NCBI GenBank assembly: GCA_964474695.1
Contig: CAYYTK010000024.1
Span: forward strand, 2,490-66,489
Direction: 5' to 3'
Length of the DNA: 64,000 nt
From: an uncultured Anaerolineales bacterium
GTDB taxonomy: Bacteria > Chloroflexota > Anaerolineae > CG2-30-64-16
In this document: in pieces, positions 56,521 to 64,000 of the stretch
How the letters are laid out: every line of letters begins with the position of its first letter
Position numbering within the stretch: position 1 is the first letter of the stretch
The notes under the pieces: model-generated
Seen by the model: only the letters and a program-made list of their open reading frames with translations
The model's database searches: none
What the model was told of the DNA's origin: nothing
Position numbers and translations under genes: made by a program

Positions 56521-57836
56521 TACATGCGTATCCGGATCGGCCCCAGGTGGATCACCCGGCCGGGTCGGGCGGCGTCGGGCAGGATCGGCGGCGGGCCGGC
56601 GAAGAGCAGGTCGCCCAGCGTCTTGGCAGCCCGGCGCACCTCGTCGGACCGGAAGTAGGCCGGCTTGCCCTCATTCGCCGCGGCCTCCACCTGCGGGTCG
56701 TCGGCGATCGCCGCGGCCAGCGACGGGAAGTCGCGCTTGGCGCGGCGCGCCTCGGAGCCCGCGGTCGCCACTTCATTGGGCGACAGGGTGCTCTGGCGCA
56801 CGCCGTTGACCACCAGGTGGATCGCCTCCGGCGGGATGCGGTGCTGGCCCGCCATCACGTCGTGGATCACGCGCGTGCCCTCGGCCGCGGCCAGCACCCC
56901 CGGCACGTCGGGCCGCGCCACCAGCACCAGGGTGTTGGCCGCGCTGAGCGCGGCCGCGGCCAGCTCCTGCGCCGAGACGTCGAAGATCACCGGCACGAAG
57001 CCGGCCTGCGCGGCCGTGTAGGCCAGGCTGCCCAGCGCCTTCGGCCCGGAGAGCGCCTCCAGGTTGTAGTTCATCAGGCTCATCAGGTCGGGGAACCCGG
57101 CCAGCAGGCTGACGCCGTGCACGTTGCGCACGCAGGCGCGCAGGCCGTCCACGGTCGGGTTCGTGGTCCAGGCGACCAGGTTGGGCTCCGGCGCGTTCAG
57201 CCCCGCCATCAAGGGCAGCGGGTCGGGCGCGCCGAGGCCGACGAGCAGCGCGGGCAGGCGGCGAGAAGCGGCTTCCAGCGCCAGCGCCAGGGCGAGGGTG
57301 GACTTGCCCACCCCGCCCTGCGGCGACCACACCGCGATGGCCCGCCAGCCGATCATGGCCCCGCCCGGGGACTGGAACGGCAGGAACGCGTCCCGGCCGC
57401 CGGGGTTCAGGCTCGCCTGGCGGCGCAGCAGCACTGCGGCGTAGATCTGCCCGGCGAGCGCAGTCAGGTTGACCTCGCCGACCAGCGCCTCCTTGACGCA
57501 CGGCAGCCCGCGCACCGCCGCGACCTGGTTCTCCGGCACGTTGGCGGGCAGCAGCACGTAGCAGACGCCGGGATACTCGCCGAAGATATCCTTCAGCTCG
57601 GTCGGGCCGCTGAAGACCTGGCCCTCGATGACCGCGGCTTCGGGCTGCATGGCGAGCTTGGCGCGCGTGTCGTCCGCGCTGGTCGCCATGGCCAGCACCT
57701 GGAAGCGCGCGTCCTTGACCAGCAGGCCGTAGAGCGCCTGGGCGCGCGCCGGCTCGCCCGCCACCAGGATCGTGACGGGCCGCTCGCCGGGGATCGGGCC
57801 GGCCGCCGGGGCCGGCCGCGTGAAGCCCCACGTCAT
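56520..57836 (-). CDS. cpaE: CpaE/TadZ-like receiver plus ParA/MinD ATPase
   Basis: N-terminal receiver-like domain; WSPQGGVGKST deviant Walker A; VIFDVS. Confidence 0.8.
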   Translation of the reverse strand: MTWGFTRPAPAAGPIPGERPVTILVAGEPARAQALYGLLVKDARFQVLAMATSADDTRAKLAMQPEAAVIEGQVFSGPTELKDIFGEYPGVCYVLLPANVPENQVAAVRGLPCVKEALVGEVNLTALAGQIYAAVLLRRQASLNPGGRDAFLPFQSPGGAMIGWRAIAVWSPQGGVGKSTLALALALEAASRRLPALLVGLGAPDPLPLMAGLNAPEPNLVAWTTNPTVDGLRACVRNVHGVSLLAGFPDLMSLMNYNLEALSGPKALGSLAYTAAQAGFVPVIFDVSAQELAAAALSAANTLVLVARPDVPGVLAAAEGTRVIHDVMAGQHRIPPEAIHLVVNGVRQSTLSPNEVATAGSEARRAKRDFPSLAAAIADDPQVEAAANEGKPAYFRSDEVRRAAKTLGDLLFAGPPPILPDAARPGRVIHLGPIRIRM

Positions 57837-57850
57837 GGTCGCCTCCTGCG

Positions 57851-58852
57851 CTATTTGCCGGCCCTGCCGGGGGTGGGCGTCGGCGCCGGCGTCGGCCGGG
57901 CGTGCTCCACGTCCGCCGCGAGGTCCGCCAGCGAGAGCCCGCTGGTCGTGTACGGCTCGGCGTGCTCCGGCGCCAGCACCAGGGTGAAGGACGCGTCGGT
58001 CGCGTTGAGCGCGGCCAGCAGCTCCACCGGCACCAGTAGGCGCTCGATGATCTGCGGGCGCTGCGCGTCAGCGGCAGCCGCCCCACCCGGCGCCTTGCCC
58101 CCGGCGAGCAGCCCCAGCGTGTCCGAGACCGGCACGGTCGTCGTGATCATCTGATAGGTGATCGAGATCGGCTTGGTGCTCGCGGCGAGTACGATCACGC
58201 CCTCGCGCAGGTTTGTGGCGGTCGTCGGCGAAGAACTCGACGCGGCGGGCTGCGCGGCGAGCAGGCCGGTGTTCGACTTGCCCTGGCCGCCGCTGACCGT
58301 TGCGGAGGCCGTCACGGGCGTGTAGGGCCGCGCCTGGAACTCCGGCGGCACGTAGAGCACCCGCACCCCTTCCAAGAGCGCCTTGGCGTAGACGGTGCGC
58401 ACGGGGGCCGCGATCACGCCCGGCTGGATGTCCGCCGGGTCCTGCGTCTGCCCGGCCAGCGTCGCCACCACGCCTACGGTCATGCCGGGCCGCAGCAGGC
58501 CGGCCAGGCCGGTATCGGCCTTGACCTGCACCGCGATGCCCCGCTCGTCCGGCTTGAGGCTCACGGCCGGCCCTAAGTGCCGGGCGGTCACCGGCTCGCC
58601 CGCGAAGCGCACCACCGCCAGCGACTGGCCCACCAGCGCCGCCGGGTCGGCCAGCGCGTCGGCCGGCGCCTGGCTGGCCGGCAGCGTCGCGGTCGTCAGG
58701 TCGGACGCGGCCAGCGCCAGGCCCGCGCCCAGGTCGCGCGCGGCCACGACCACGGTCTTTTGCGGCTCCTCTTTCGGCCACAGCACCAGCGCCAGCAGGG
58801 CGCAGGTGATCACGCCCAGGGCCAACGGTAGGCCCACTCCTTTTCTGCGCAT
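57851..58852 (-). CDS. cpaB: Flp pilus assembly protein CpaB/RcpC
   Basis: TM; VVVAARDL.AG..L SAF; ERGIAV...GL..L.PG..V.V; VLYV. Confidence 0.9.
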   Translation of the reverse strand: MRRKGVGLPLALGVITCALLALVLWPKEEPQKTVVVAARDLGAGLALAASDLTTATLPASQAPADALADPAALVGQSLAVVRFAGEPVTARHLGPAVSLKPDERGIAVQVKADTGLAGLLRPGMTVGVVATLAGQTQDPADIQPGVIAAPVRTVYAKALLEGVRVLYVPPEFQARPYTPVTASATVSGGQGKSNTGLLAAQPAASSSSPTTATNLREGVIVLAASTKPISITYQMITTTVPVSDTLGLLAGGKAPGGAAAADAQRPQIIERLLVPVELLAALNATDASFTLVLAPEHAEPYTTSGLSLADLAADVEHARPTPAPTPTPGRAGK

Positions 58853-58864
58853 CTTCCTCTCCTT

Positions 58865-59113
58865 TCAGTCGGCAGCCGCCCCGGGGGCAGCCGCCTCAAC
58901 GGGCTGGCGCGCGGCCAGCGTCGCGGTCACCGCCGCACGGGTCGTCCAGCGGGCGTCGATCAGCTCCTCGCCCTCGTACAGCAGCGCCACCACCGGCATC
59001 TCGCCCGGCAGCGCCTGCAGCGCCGCCAGCACCGCGGCCCCCTGCTGCGGCTGCCCCAGGCCCGGCAGCGCGGTGGCCGGCCGGCCTGTGTCACGGGATC
59101 TCTGTGCGGACAT
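58865..59113 (-). CDS. Small hypothetical protein
   Basis: 82 aa; AGGAGA SD; in operon. Confidence 0.5.
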   Translation of the reverse strand: MSAQRSRDTGRPATALPGLGQPQQGAAVLAALQALPGEMPVVALLYEGEELIDARWTTRAAVTATLAARQPVEAAAPGAAAD

Positions 59114-59144
59114 CTCCTCGCTCCTCCTACTGGGTGCTGACGTG

Positions 59145-59849
59145 TCAGCGAATGCTGACCCGGATCACGCACGGCTCCGGGTAGTTGCCGGTGCGATCCA
59201 CGGCGGTCAACCGGAGCTGGTAATCGCCGCGCGGCACCGTGCGCGTGTTGAACTCGATCAACAGGCCGTCCTGCACCGCCGCGTTCGACCGGTACAGCAT
59301 CGTCCAGCCCTGGCCGTCGGCGGACAGCTCGCCCTTCCAGTACTCCTGGTTCGGGATCGCGGCGGTCCCGACGATGTTCCACCAGCCGGCCTTGCCCGCC
59401 GTCGTTATTGAGGCAATCTTCACGTCGCCGCGCGGGCAGCTCAGGACCGCGAACTTGACCGGTTCCCCGGCGTTCAACCCGCCGCCTCCGCCGGCGCCCA
59501 GGCTCAACTTGGGCAGCGCCGGCAGGCCTGGCAGGGCGGGCGTGACCGTGACCGGCGCCGTGGCCCACCAGCCCGGCGTCGGCGTGATCGTGGCCGTGGG
59601 CGTCGGTAGCGGCTGATAGGCCAGACCGTCCACCGCGGCCGGCGGCCGGGCGAACCCGCGGCTGGCGATGGCGGCCAGTCCGACCAGGATCGCCAGCGCG
59701 GCCAGCGCGAGCAGGATCACGTCAATGCGCAACCGCCACGGCGCGCGTGACCGCACCGCCGTCCCGCCATCAGAACTGATCGCACTGTCGCCCCAGCCCA
59801 CCGTCTCCGCGTCTCCCTTTCTCCCCATCTCCCCTGCTCCCCCGCTCAC
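59145..59849 (-). CDS. Membrane-anchored protein with a C-terminal Ig-like domain
   Basis: TM; PT linker; GTA..P..YW....W...G.L..FNTRTVPRGDYQLRL.AVD..GN. Confidence 0.7.
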   Translation of the reverse strand: MSGGAGEMGRKGDAETVGWGDSAISSDGGTAVRSRAPWRLRIDVILLALAALAILVGLAAIASRGFARPPAAVDGLAYQPLPTPTATITPTPGWWATAPVTVTPALPGLPALPKLSLGAGGGGGLNAGEPVKFAVLSCPRGDVKIASITTAGKAGWWNIVGTAAIPNQEYWKGELSADGQGWTMLYRSNAAVQDGLLIEFNTRTVPRGDYQLRLTAVDRTGNYPEPCVIRVSIR

Positions 59850-62800
59850 ACCACGATCTCCCCCAACTGCGCCACGATCTCATCGCGCGTCGGGGCCGGC
59901 ACGTCCAGCAAGAGCGGCTGGATGTAGACCGGCTCCACCTGCGCCCGGTCGGTCGTGTAGCCCAGCTTGACCACCGCACGCGCCACCGGCATCGAGGCCA
60001 GGAAGCGGCGCCACGGTTCGTCCACGAACCCCTTCTCCGAGCGGGCCAACGCCGCGATCATGGCGTCGCGATCCTTGGGGTTCTTCAGGTTGGCCACCAC
60101 CATGTTGTTGCACGACGACAGGATGCCGGTCGGGATCAACGACGGCGACTGGGTGATCAGGTGCAGCCACATGCCGTACTTGCGCGCGTCGCGCCACCAG
60201 TTGGTGAGCTGCTCCGAGACCGACACCCCGCCGCCCGTCTCCTCGTCCGCGCCGGTGTCCAGGCCGGAGAGGATCTTGTTGGCCTCCTCGAACACGATCT
60301 GGATGCGCGCGTCCCCGGTGACCCCCAGCTCGTCGCGCTGGATCACGGCGTCGTTGTAGAAGTGCCACGCCGCCCAGCCCAGCAGGAACGCCTTGGAGAA
60401 GTCGTCCAGGAACTTGCCGCCCTCCAGGATGGCGATCCCCCAGTCGCCGGGCACGACCGTGTTGATGTCGATGGCGTCCAGGCCCTCGGCGTACTGCCGC
60501 GCGGCCTGGCCCTGCACCAGCGGGTGCAGCCGAAACAGGATGCCTTCCAGCACCCCGCGCAGCGTGGTGTCGCGCTCCGGCACGCCGCTCAGCTTGGTCT
60601 CGACGTCGCCGTAGAGGTCGCCCAGCCCCACCACCTGCGAGCGCGCCACGGCCAGCTGCTGGCGGGCTGGCGCGGGCAGCGCCGCAAGCCGCGTGCCCGC
60701 GGGGTGGCCGATCAGGACGGACTCGTCCGGCCGGACGACGCCCCACACCTTGTCCCGCCGGCACTCCGGGTCGTCCACCAGCACCCCGGAGCCCAGGTAG
60801 ACCCGGCGCAGCGCCTCGCGCAGCTCCGGGATCTGCCGCCGGACGCCCGCGCGCGCCACCGTGCCGAAGAAGTCGCAGAAGATGCGCCACTGCACCTCCG
60901 GCGGGATGTAGCGGCCGATCTGCAGCGGGTTCCAGCGCAGCGGCCGTACGCCGCCCGGCGACAGATGGCGGATCTCCACGTGGCCCGCCAGGCCCGGCGC
61001 GTTGAGCAGCTTGCGCCAGCCCGCGCCGAAGTCGAGCACCACCGTGCGCAGCCGCCAATGCAGCGTGGTCTCGTAGACCATCCGCTCCGCGGCCACCGAC
61101 TTCCCGAAGCCGGTGTCACCCGCGAACAGCGTGTGGAAGTGCCGGTCGCGCGCCAGGCGCAGGGGGGCCGTGGTCAGGTCGGCGGTCTCCGGGCTGACCT
61201 GGTGGCCGAGCACCACCTCGCCGGGCAATTCTGGATAGAAGCCCAGCGGCGGCAGCTTCTCCTGGATGGTGACCGCCGTGCCCTCCTCGAACAGGTTGGG
61301 GCAGGTGTAGGCGGCCAGCATCGCCGGGGTCAGCAGCGTCCCCCACTTCGACCACAGGAGGCCGATGCCGAACGGATCGCCGTCCGGCTCCAGCGACGGC
61401 CGGAACGCCAGCGCGTGCTGGCGCAGCGACTCGTCCGCCGGCACGGTCAGCACCGGGGTCGGCACGCCCGGCCCGTGGAACGACTGCGGCACCAGCGCCT
61501 GGGCCGCGCGGCTGCCCTGCTCGCCGACGAACATCAGCGCGGTGGTCAGGAAGCCGCCCTCGTGCGAGGCGGTGTTGAGCAAGGACTCCAGGCCGCGCGC
61601 GATCTCGGTGAGCCGGATGGCGACGTCGTCTTCGGTCTGCCAGCCGCGGGAGATCGACAGCCCCGGCACGATGCCCGCGGACAGGCCGCCGGAGAAGGCG
61701 TGGCCGCCCGACATGGCGAGCGCCTGGCCCGCGGTGATCCCCTCACCGTGGGAGCGGCTGGCCTGTTCCGAGCGGGACACCGAGCGCCCCTCCGACCACC
61801 CCTCAGAGACCGCCTCGCCCCACGATTCGGAGTCGGCGCTGCCGTGCGTGGCGCTGTGCGAGCTGGATACCGAGCTGAACGTGCCCCGGCTGCCGCTCAC
61901 CGAATCCGCGCTGCCCCGGCTGGTCGCCCAGCCGGCGGTGTCCGCGGTGCCGCGCGTATCCGCCGCGCCGCGGGTGTCCGCGCTGCCCCGCGTGTCGGCC
62001 CAGCCGCGCGTGTCCGCCGTGCCCCAGCTCTCCGAGGTCGTGTCGGAGCTCGATCCGCCCGTGGTGTGACTGGAGCTTTGCGAGCCGCCGGTCGACTGCG
62101 CCACGCCGGATGAGTCGGTGTGCCCCGTGCTGCCGCTGACGCCGGAGCTGGTGGAATCCGCGCTGCCGGTCGACTGCGCCTGGCCCGTGCTGGCCGAGGC
62201 GGAGGCGCCCCAGGTCGTGCCCTGGCTCTCGGCCGTGCCGGATGAGTCGGCGTGGCCGGTGGACTGGCCGGTCTCGGTGCTACCGCTCTGGCCGCTGCTG
62301 GCGCCCGCGGTCCAGCCGTGGCTGTAGCCCGCGCTGGCGCTCGCCACGCCGGGCAGCCCTGCGCTGACGCCGCCCGAGACGGTGTCCGACTGGCCCTGGC
62401 TCTCGCCGCTCGACCAGCCCGAGCTCTGCGCCGACGACTGGGTCGCGCTGTCGGTTTGCGACTGGCTCACGGTCGTGCCGGCCGAGCCGCCGCTGCTGAC
62501 GCCGACGCTGGCGCCCTGCGAGGCGGTCTGGCCCGTCGAGTCGGTGTGCGCCTGGCCGGACGACCAGCCGCTCGCCTGGCTGTCGGACTGGCCGCTGGAA
62601 ACCGTGCTGCCCCAGGAAGAGCCGCTGGTCTCGGTGTCAGACCAGGAGCTCCCCTCGCTGTGCGCGACGCCGGTGGCGTGGCTGTCGGTGTGGCTGCCCG
62701 AATCGGTGTGGGCCGTGCTGTCGGTGTGGGCCACGGAGTCGGTGTGCGCCTGGCTCTCGGTGTGCGCGCCGGAGACGGTCTGCGCGGCGCTGTCGGTGTG

Positions 62801-63808
62801 GCCCCAGCCCGCGCTCTCCGAGACGCCGCTGGAAGTGCCGACCGAGTCGGTGACCGCCTGGCTCTCGGTGTGCGCGGTGCCGTGGCTCTCGGTCCGGCCC
62901 ACGCTGTGGCCCCACGACTGCCCCTCCCCCTCGCTCCACCCCTGGCTGACGCTGTCCGCGCTGGAATGCGCGGTCGAGTCGGAGCGGCCGGCGTTGGCCG
63001 CATAGGCGTTGGAGAGGGCCGCGGCCAGCGGGATGGCGATGGAGAAGCCCAGGCCGATGTTGCCGCGCTGGCGCGAGGCCACCTGGCTCGCGTAGCGCGC
63101 CATCTGGACCAGCGCGCCGGTGATCTCCGGCCGCGGCACGTGCGCGGAGGTGACCTGGAACACGAAATCCTCGCGCAGCTTGGCCAGGCCCCGCAGCAGG
63201 TTCTCGCCCTGCTGGCTCAGCAACTCGTCGTCGGCGATCCCCAGGGCCCCGTCGCGGCCCAGCCCCTTCTTGGCCAGCCGCGGGTCGGGGTGGCCCAGGA
63301 TCGCCAGCATGCGCAGCCGCTCCATGCGCTCAATGAGCAGGCGGATCCGCCGGATGTCAGCGGGGATGAGCTTCGACTGGGGGTAGTTGGCCAGGGTCGC
63401 CTCGACCGCGGCCATGCGCCGGCGGGCCTCGCCGGCCGCCGCCGCCTCGGTGAGCGCCTCCGCGGCCGCGCCGTAGAACTGCGCCACGCCCAAATGCTCC
63501 GGTGCGAACGCGCCCAGCGCGGTGTAGCAGAAGTCCACGTCCGCGTTGTAGAGGCCGCGCAGCGCGGCCCACTGCTTGCCCAGCATGTCGGGGTCGTCGC
63601 GGGTCTCCAGGGGCAGGTAGGCCAGCTCGCGGAAAGTGACGGCGCGCACCAGCTCCCGGCCGCCGGCAGCAGCCAGCCGGAACCAGAAGTAGTGCAAGCA
63701 GCCCGCCGCAAAGCGCCAACCGCTCTCCACGACCCGAAATTCCACGCCCACGCTCTCCCCCCGTCCTTTCAGGCTGCCGACAACGCCGGCCGGTTTGTTG
63801 GCCCCCAC
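59846..63808 (-). CDS. HerA/VirB4-like ATPase with a ~475-aa Ser/Gly/Thr-rich insert
   Basis: Walker A FAGDTGFGKS (61097-61120), Walker B IVFEEANK, RDARKYG..LITQSP; low-complexity insert at 61637-63064. Confidence 0.85.
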   Translation of the reverse strand: MGANKPAGVVGSLKGRGESVGVEFRVVESGWRFAAGCLHYFWFRLAAAGGRELVRAVTFRELAYLPLETRDDPDMLGKQWAALRGLYNADVDFCYTALGAFAPEHLGVAQFYGAAAEALTEAAAAGEARRRMAAVEATLANYPQSKLIPADIRRIRLLIERMERLRMLAILGHPDPRLAKKGLGRDGALGIADDELLSQQGENLLRGLAKLREDFVFQVTSAHVPRPEITGALVQMARYASQVASRQRGNIGLGFSIAIPLAAALSNAYAANAGRSDSTAHSSADSVSQGWSEGEGQSWGHSVGRTESHGTAHTESQAVTDSVGTSSGVSESAGWGHTDSAAQTVSGAHTESQAHTDSVAHTDSTAHTDSGSHTDSHATGVAHSEGSSWSDTETSGSSWGSTVSSGQSDSQASGWSSGQAHTDSTGQTASQGASVGVSSGGSAGTTVSQSQTDSATQSSAQSSGWSSGESQGQSDTVSGGVSAGLPGVASASAGYSHGWTAGASSGQSGSTETGQSTGHADSSGTAESQGTTWGASASASTGQAQSTGSADSTSSGVSGSTGHTDSSGVAQSTGGSQSSSHTTGGSSSDTTSESWGTADTRGWADTRGSADTRGAADTRGTADTAGWATSRGSADSVSGSRGTFSSVSSSHSATHGSADSESWGEAVSEGWSEGRSVSRSEQASRSHGEGITAGQALAMSGGHAFSGGLSAGIVPGLSISRGWQTEDDVAIRLTEIARGLESLLNTASHEGGFLTTALMFVGEQGSRAAQALVPQSFHGPGVPTPVLTVPADESLRQHALAFRPSLEPDGDPFGIGLLWSKWGTLLTPAMLAAYTCPNLFEEGTAVTIQEKLPPLGFYPELPGEVVLGHQVSPETADLTTAPLRLARDRHFHTLFAGDTGFGKSVAAERMVYETTLHWRLRTVVLDFGAGWRKLLNAPGLAGHVEIRHLSPGGVRPLRWNPLQIGRYIPPEVQWRIFCDFFGTVARAGVRRQIPELREALRRVYLGSGVLVDDPECRRDKVWGVVRPDESVLIGHPAGTRLAALPAPARQQLAVARSQVVGLGDLYGDVETKLSGVPERDTTLRGVLEGILFRLHPLVQGQAARQYAEGLDAIDINTVVPGDWGIAILEGGKFLDDFSKAFLLGWAAWHFYNDAVIQRDELGVTGDARIQIVFEEANKILSGLDTGADEETGGGVSVSEQLTNWWRDARKYGMWLHLITQSPSLIPTGILSSCNNMVVANLKNPKDRDAMIAALARSEKGFVDEPWRRFLASMPVARAVVKLGYTTDRAQVEPVYIQPLLLDVPAPTRDEIVAQLGEIVV
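61934..62767 (-). repeat. Two 5 x 18-bp coding repeat blocks (AHTDSx and GxADTR)
   Basis: AHTxSx x5 at 62678-62767; GxADT(R/A) x5 at 61934-62023. Confidence 0.9.
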
Positions 63809-63984
63809 CGAGGCCCCCGCAGGGCGTCCGCCCCGCCGGCCTTCACGGCCTCATACGTCTCGAAGTCCACCAGCACCGCCACCGGCACGCGGCCCTCGGC
63901 GGTCACCAGCAGCACCGGCTGTTTGTCGTCGCAGACGCGCATGAAGGTCGCCTCCAGGGCCGCCTCGGCCTCGTCTACGGTCAT
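63769..63984 (-). CDS. Phd/YefM-family antitoxin-like protein (start may lie beyond the window)
   Basis: TV.EA.A.L....RV..D.QPVLL...G.PVAVLVDFETYE; the frame stays open to the window edge. Confidence 0.7.
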   Translation of the reverse strand: MTVDEAEAALEATFMRVCDDKQPVLLVTAEGRVPVAVLVDFETYEAVKAGGADALRGPRWGPTNRPALSAA

Positions 63985-64000
63985 CGTGATCAGCGGGATC

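Larger units (their letters stand above)
19471..64000 (-). mobile_element. Integrative/conjugative-like element (ends not defined; integrase not in window)
   Basis: Co-oriented SSB, Rad52, primase, RadC, Cas4-like nuclease, MoxR/VWA, Tad pilus genes, adhesin and HerA/VirB4-like ATPase; visibly higher GC than the left island. Confidence 0.7.

Noticed and set aside
60161-62113. 650-aa + strand ORF and similar long ORFs (21018-22463, 33775-34971, 50997-52319, 53811-55841, 56547-58154)
   Set aside because: Antisense or alternate-frame shadows of motif-bearing genes in ~70% GC DNA; Arg/Ala/Gly/Pro-rich and without domains.
61934-62767. 18-bp tandem repeats as a CRISPR array
   Set aside because: The repeats are contiguous, in-frame coding units with no spacers and no cas operon.
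1-64000. tRNA/rRNA genes, IS transposases, integrase
   Set aside because: No cloverleaf/T-loop signature, rRNA-like sequence, or DDE/HUH/tyrosine/serine recombinase motif was recognised by eye; a tRNAscan/ISfinder run would be needed to exclude them formally.

Overview
High-GC bacterial window, most likely Chloroflexota (inferred from a C-terminal FLPLV tag, an SdrD/GEVED surface protein and a secretin-less Tad set). It has two parts. (1) ~1.1-19.2 kb is a lower-GC defence island on the + strand. It holds a three-gene operon (DruA-like domain fused to a DptF-like P-loop domain, a DptG/Mad7-like protein, and a DptH/Mad8-like nuclease-HerA ATPase), a BrxL remnant, and a coupled pair of a 1994-aa ATPase plus a HEPN-motif protein. 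(2) ~19.5-64 kb is a very GC-rich, mostly minus-strand integrative/conjugative-like element; no integrase is in view. It carries an SSB/Rad52/Cas4-like/RadC/primase/MoxR-VWA module, a Tad/Flp pilus set split by a ~10 kb oppositely oriented cargo block, an SdrD-type adhesin, a RiPP-like 37-aa peptide and an array of small membrane proteins. Its standout gene is a 1320-aa HerA/VirB4-like ATPase whose ~475-aa Ser/Gly insert reads as one giant antiparallel beta-hairpin (strict alternation, cross-strand Trp-Gly pairs, mirror-placed repeat expansions), suggesting a self-assembling beta-barrel conduit. All family calls come from motif recognition by eye; no searches were run.
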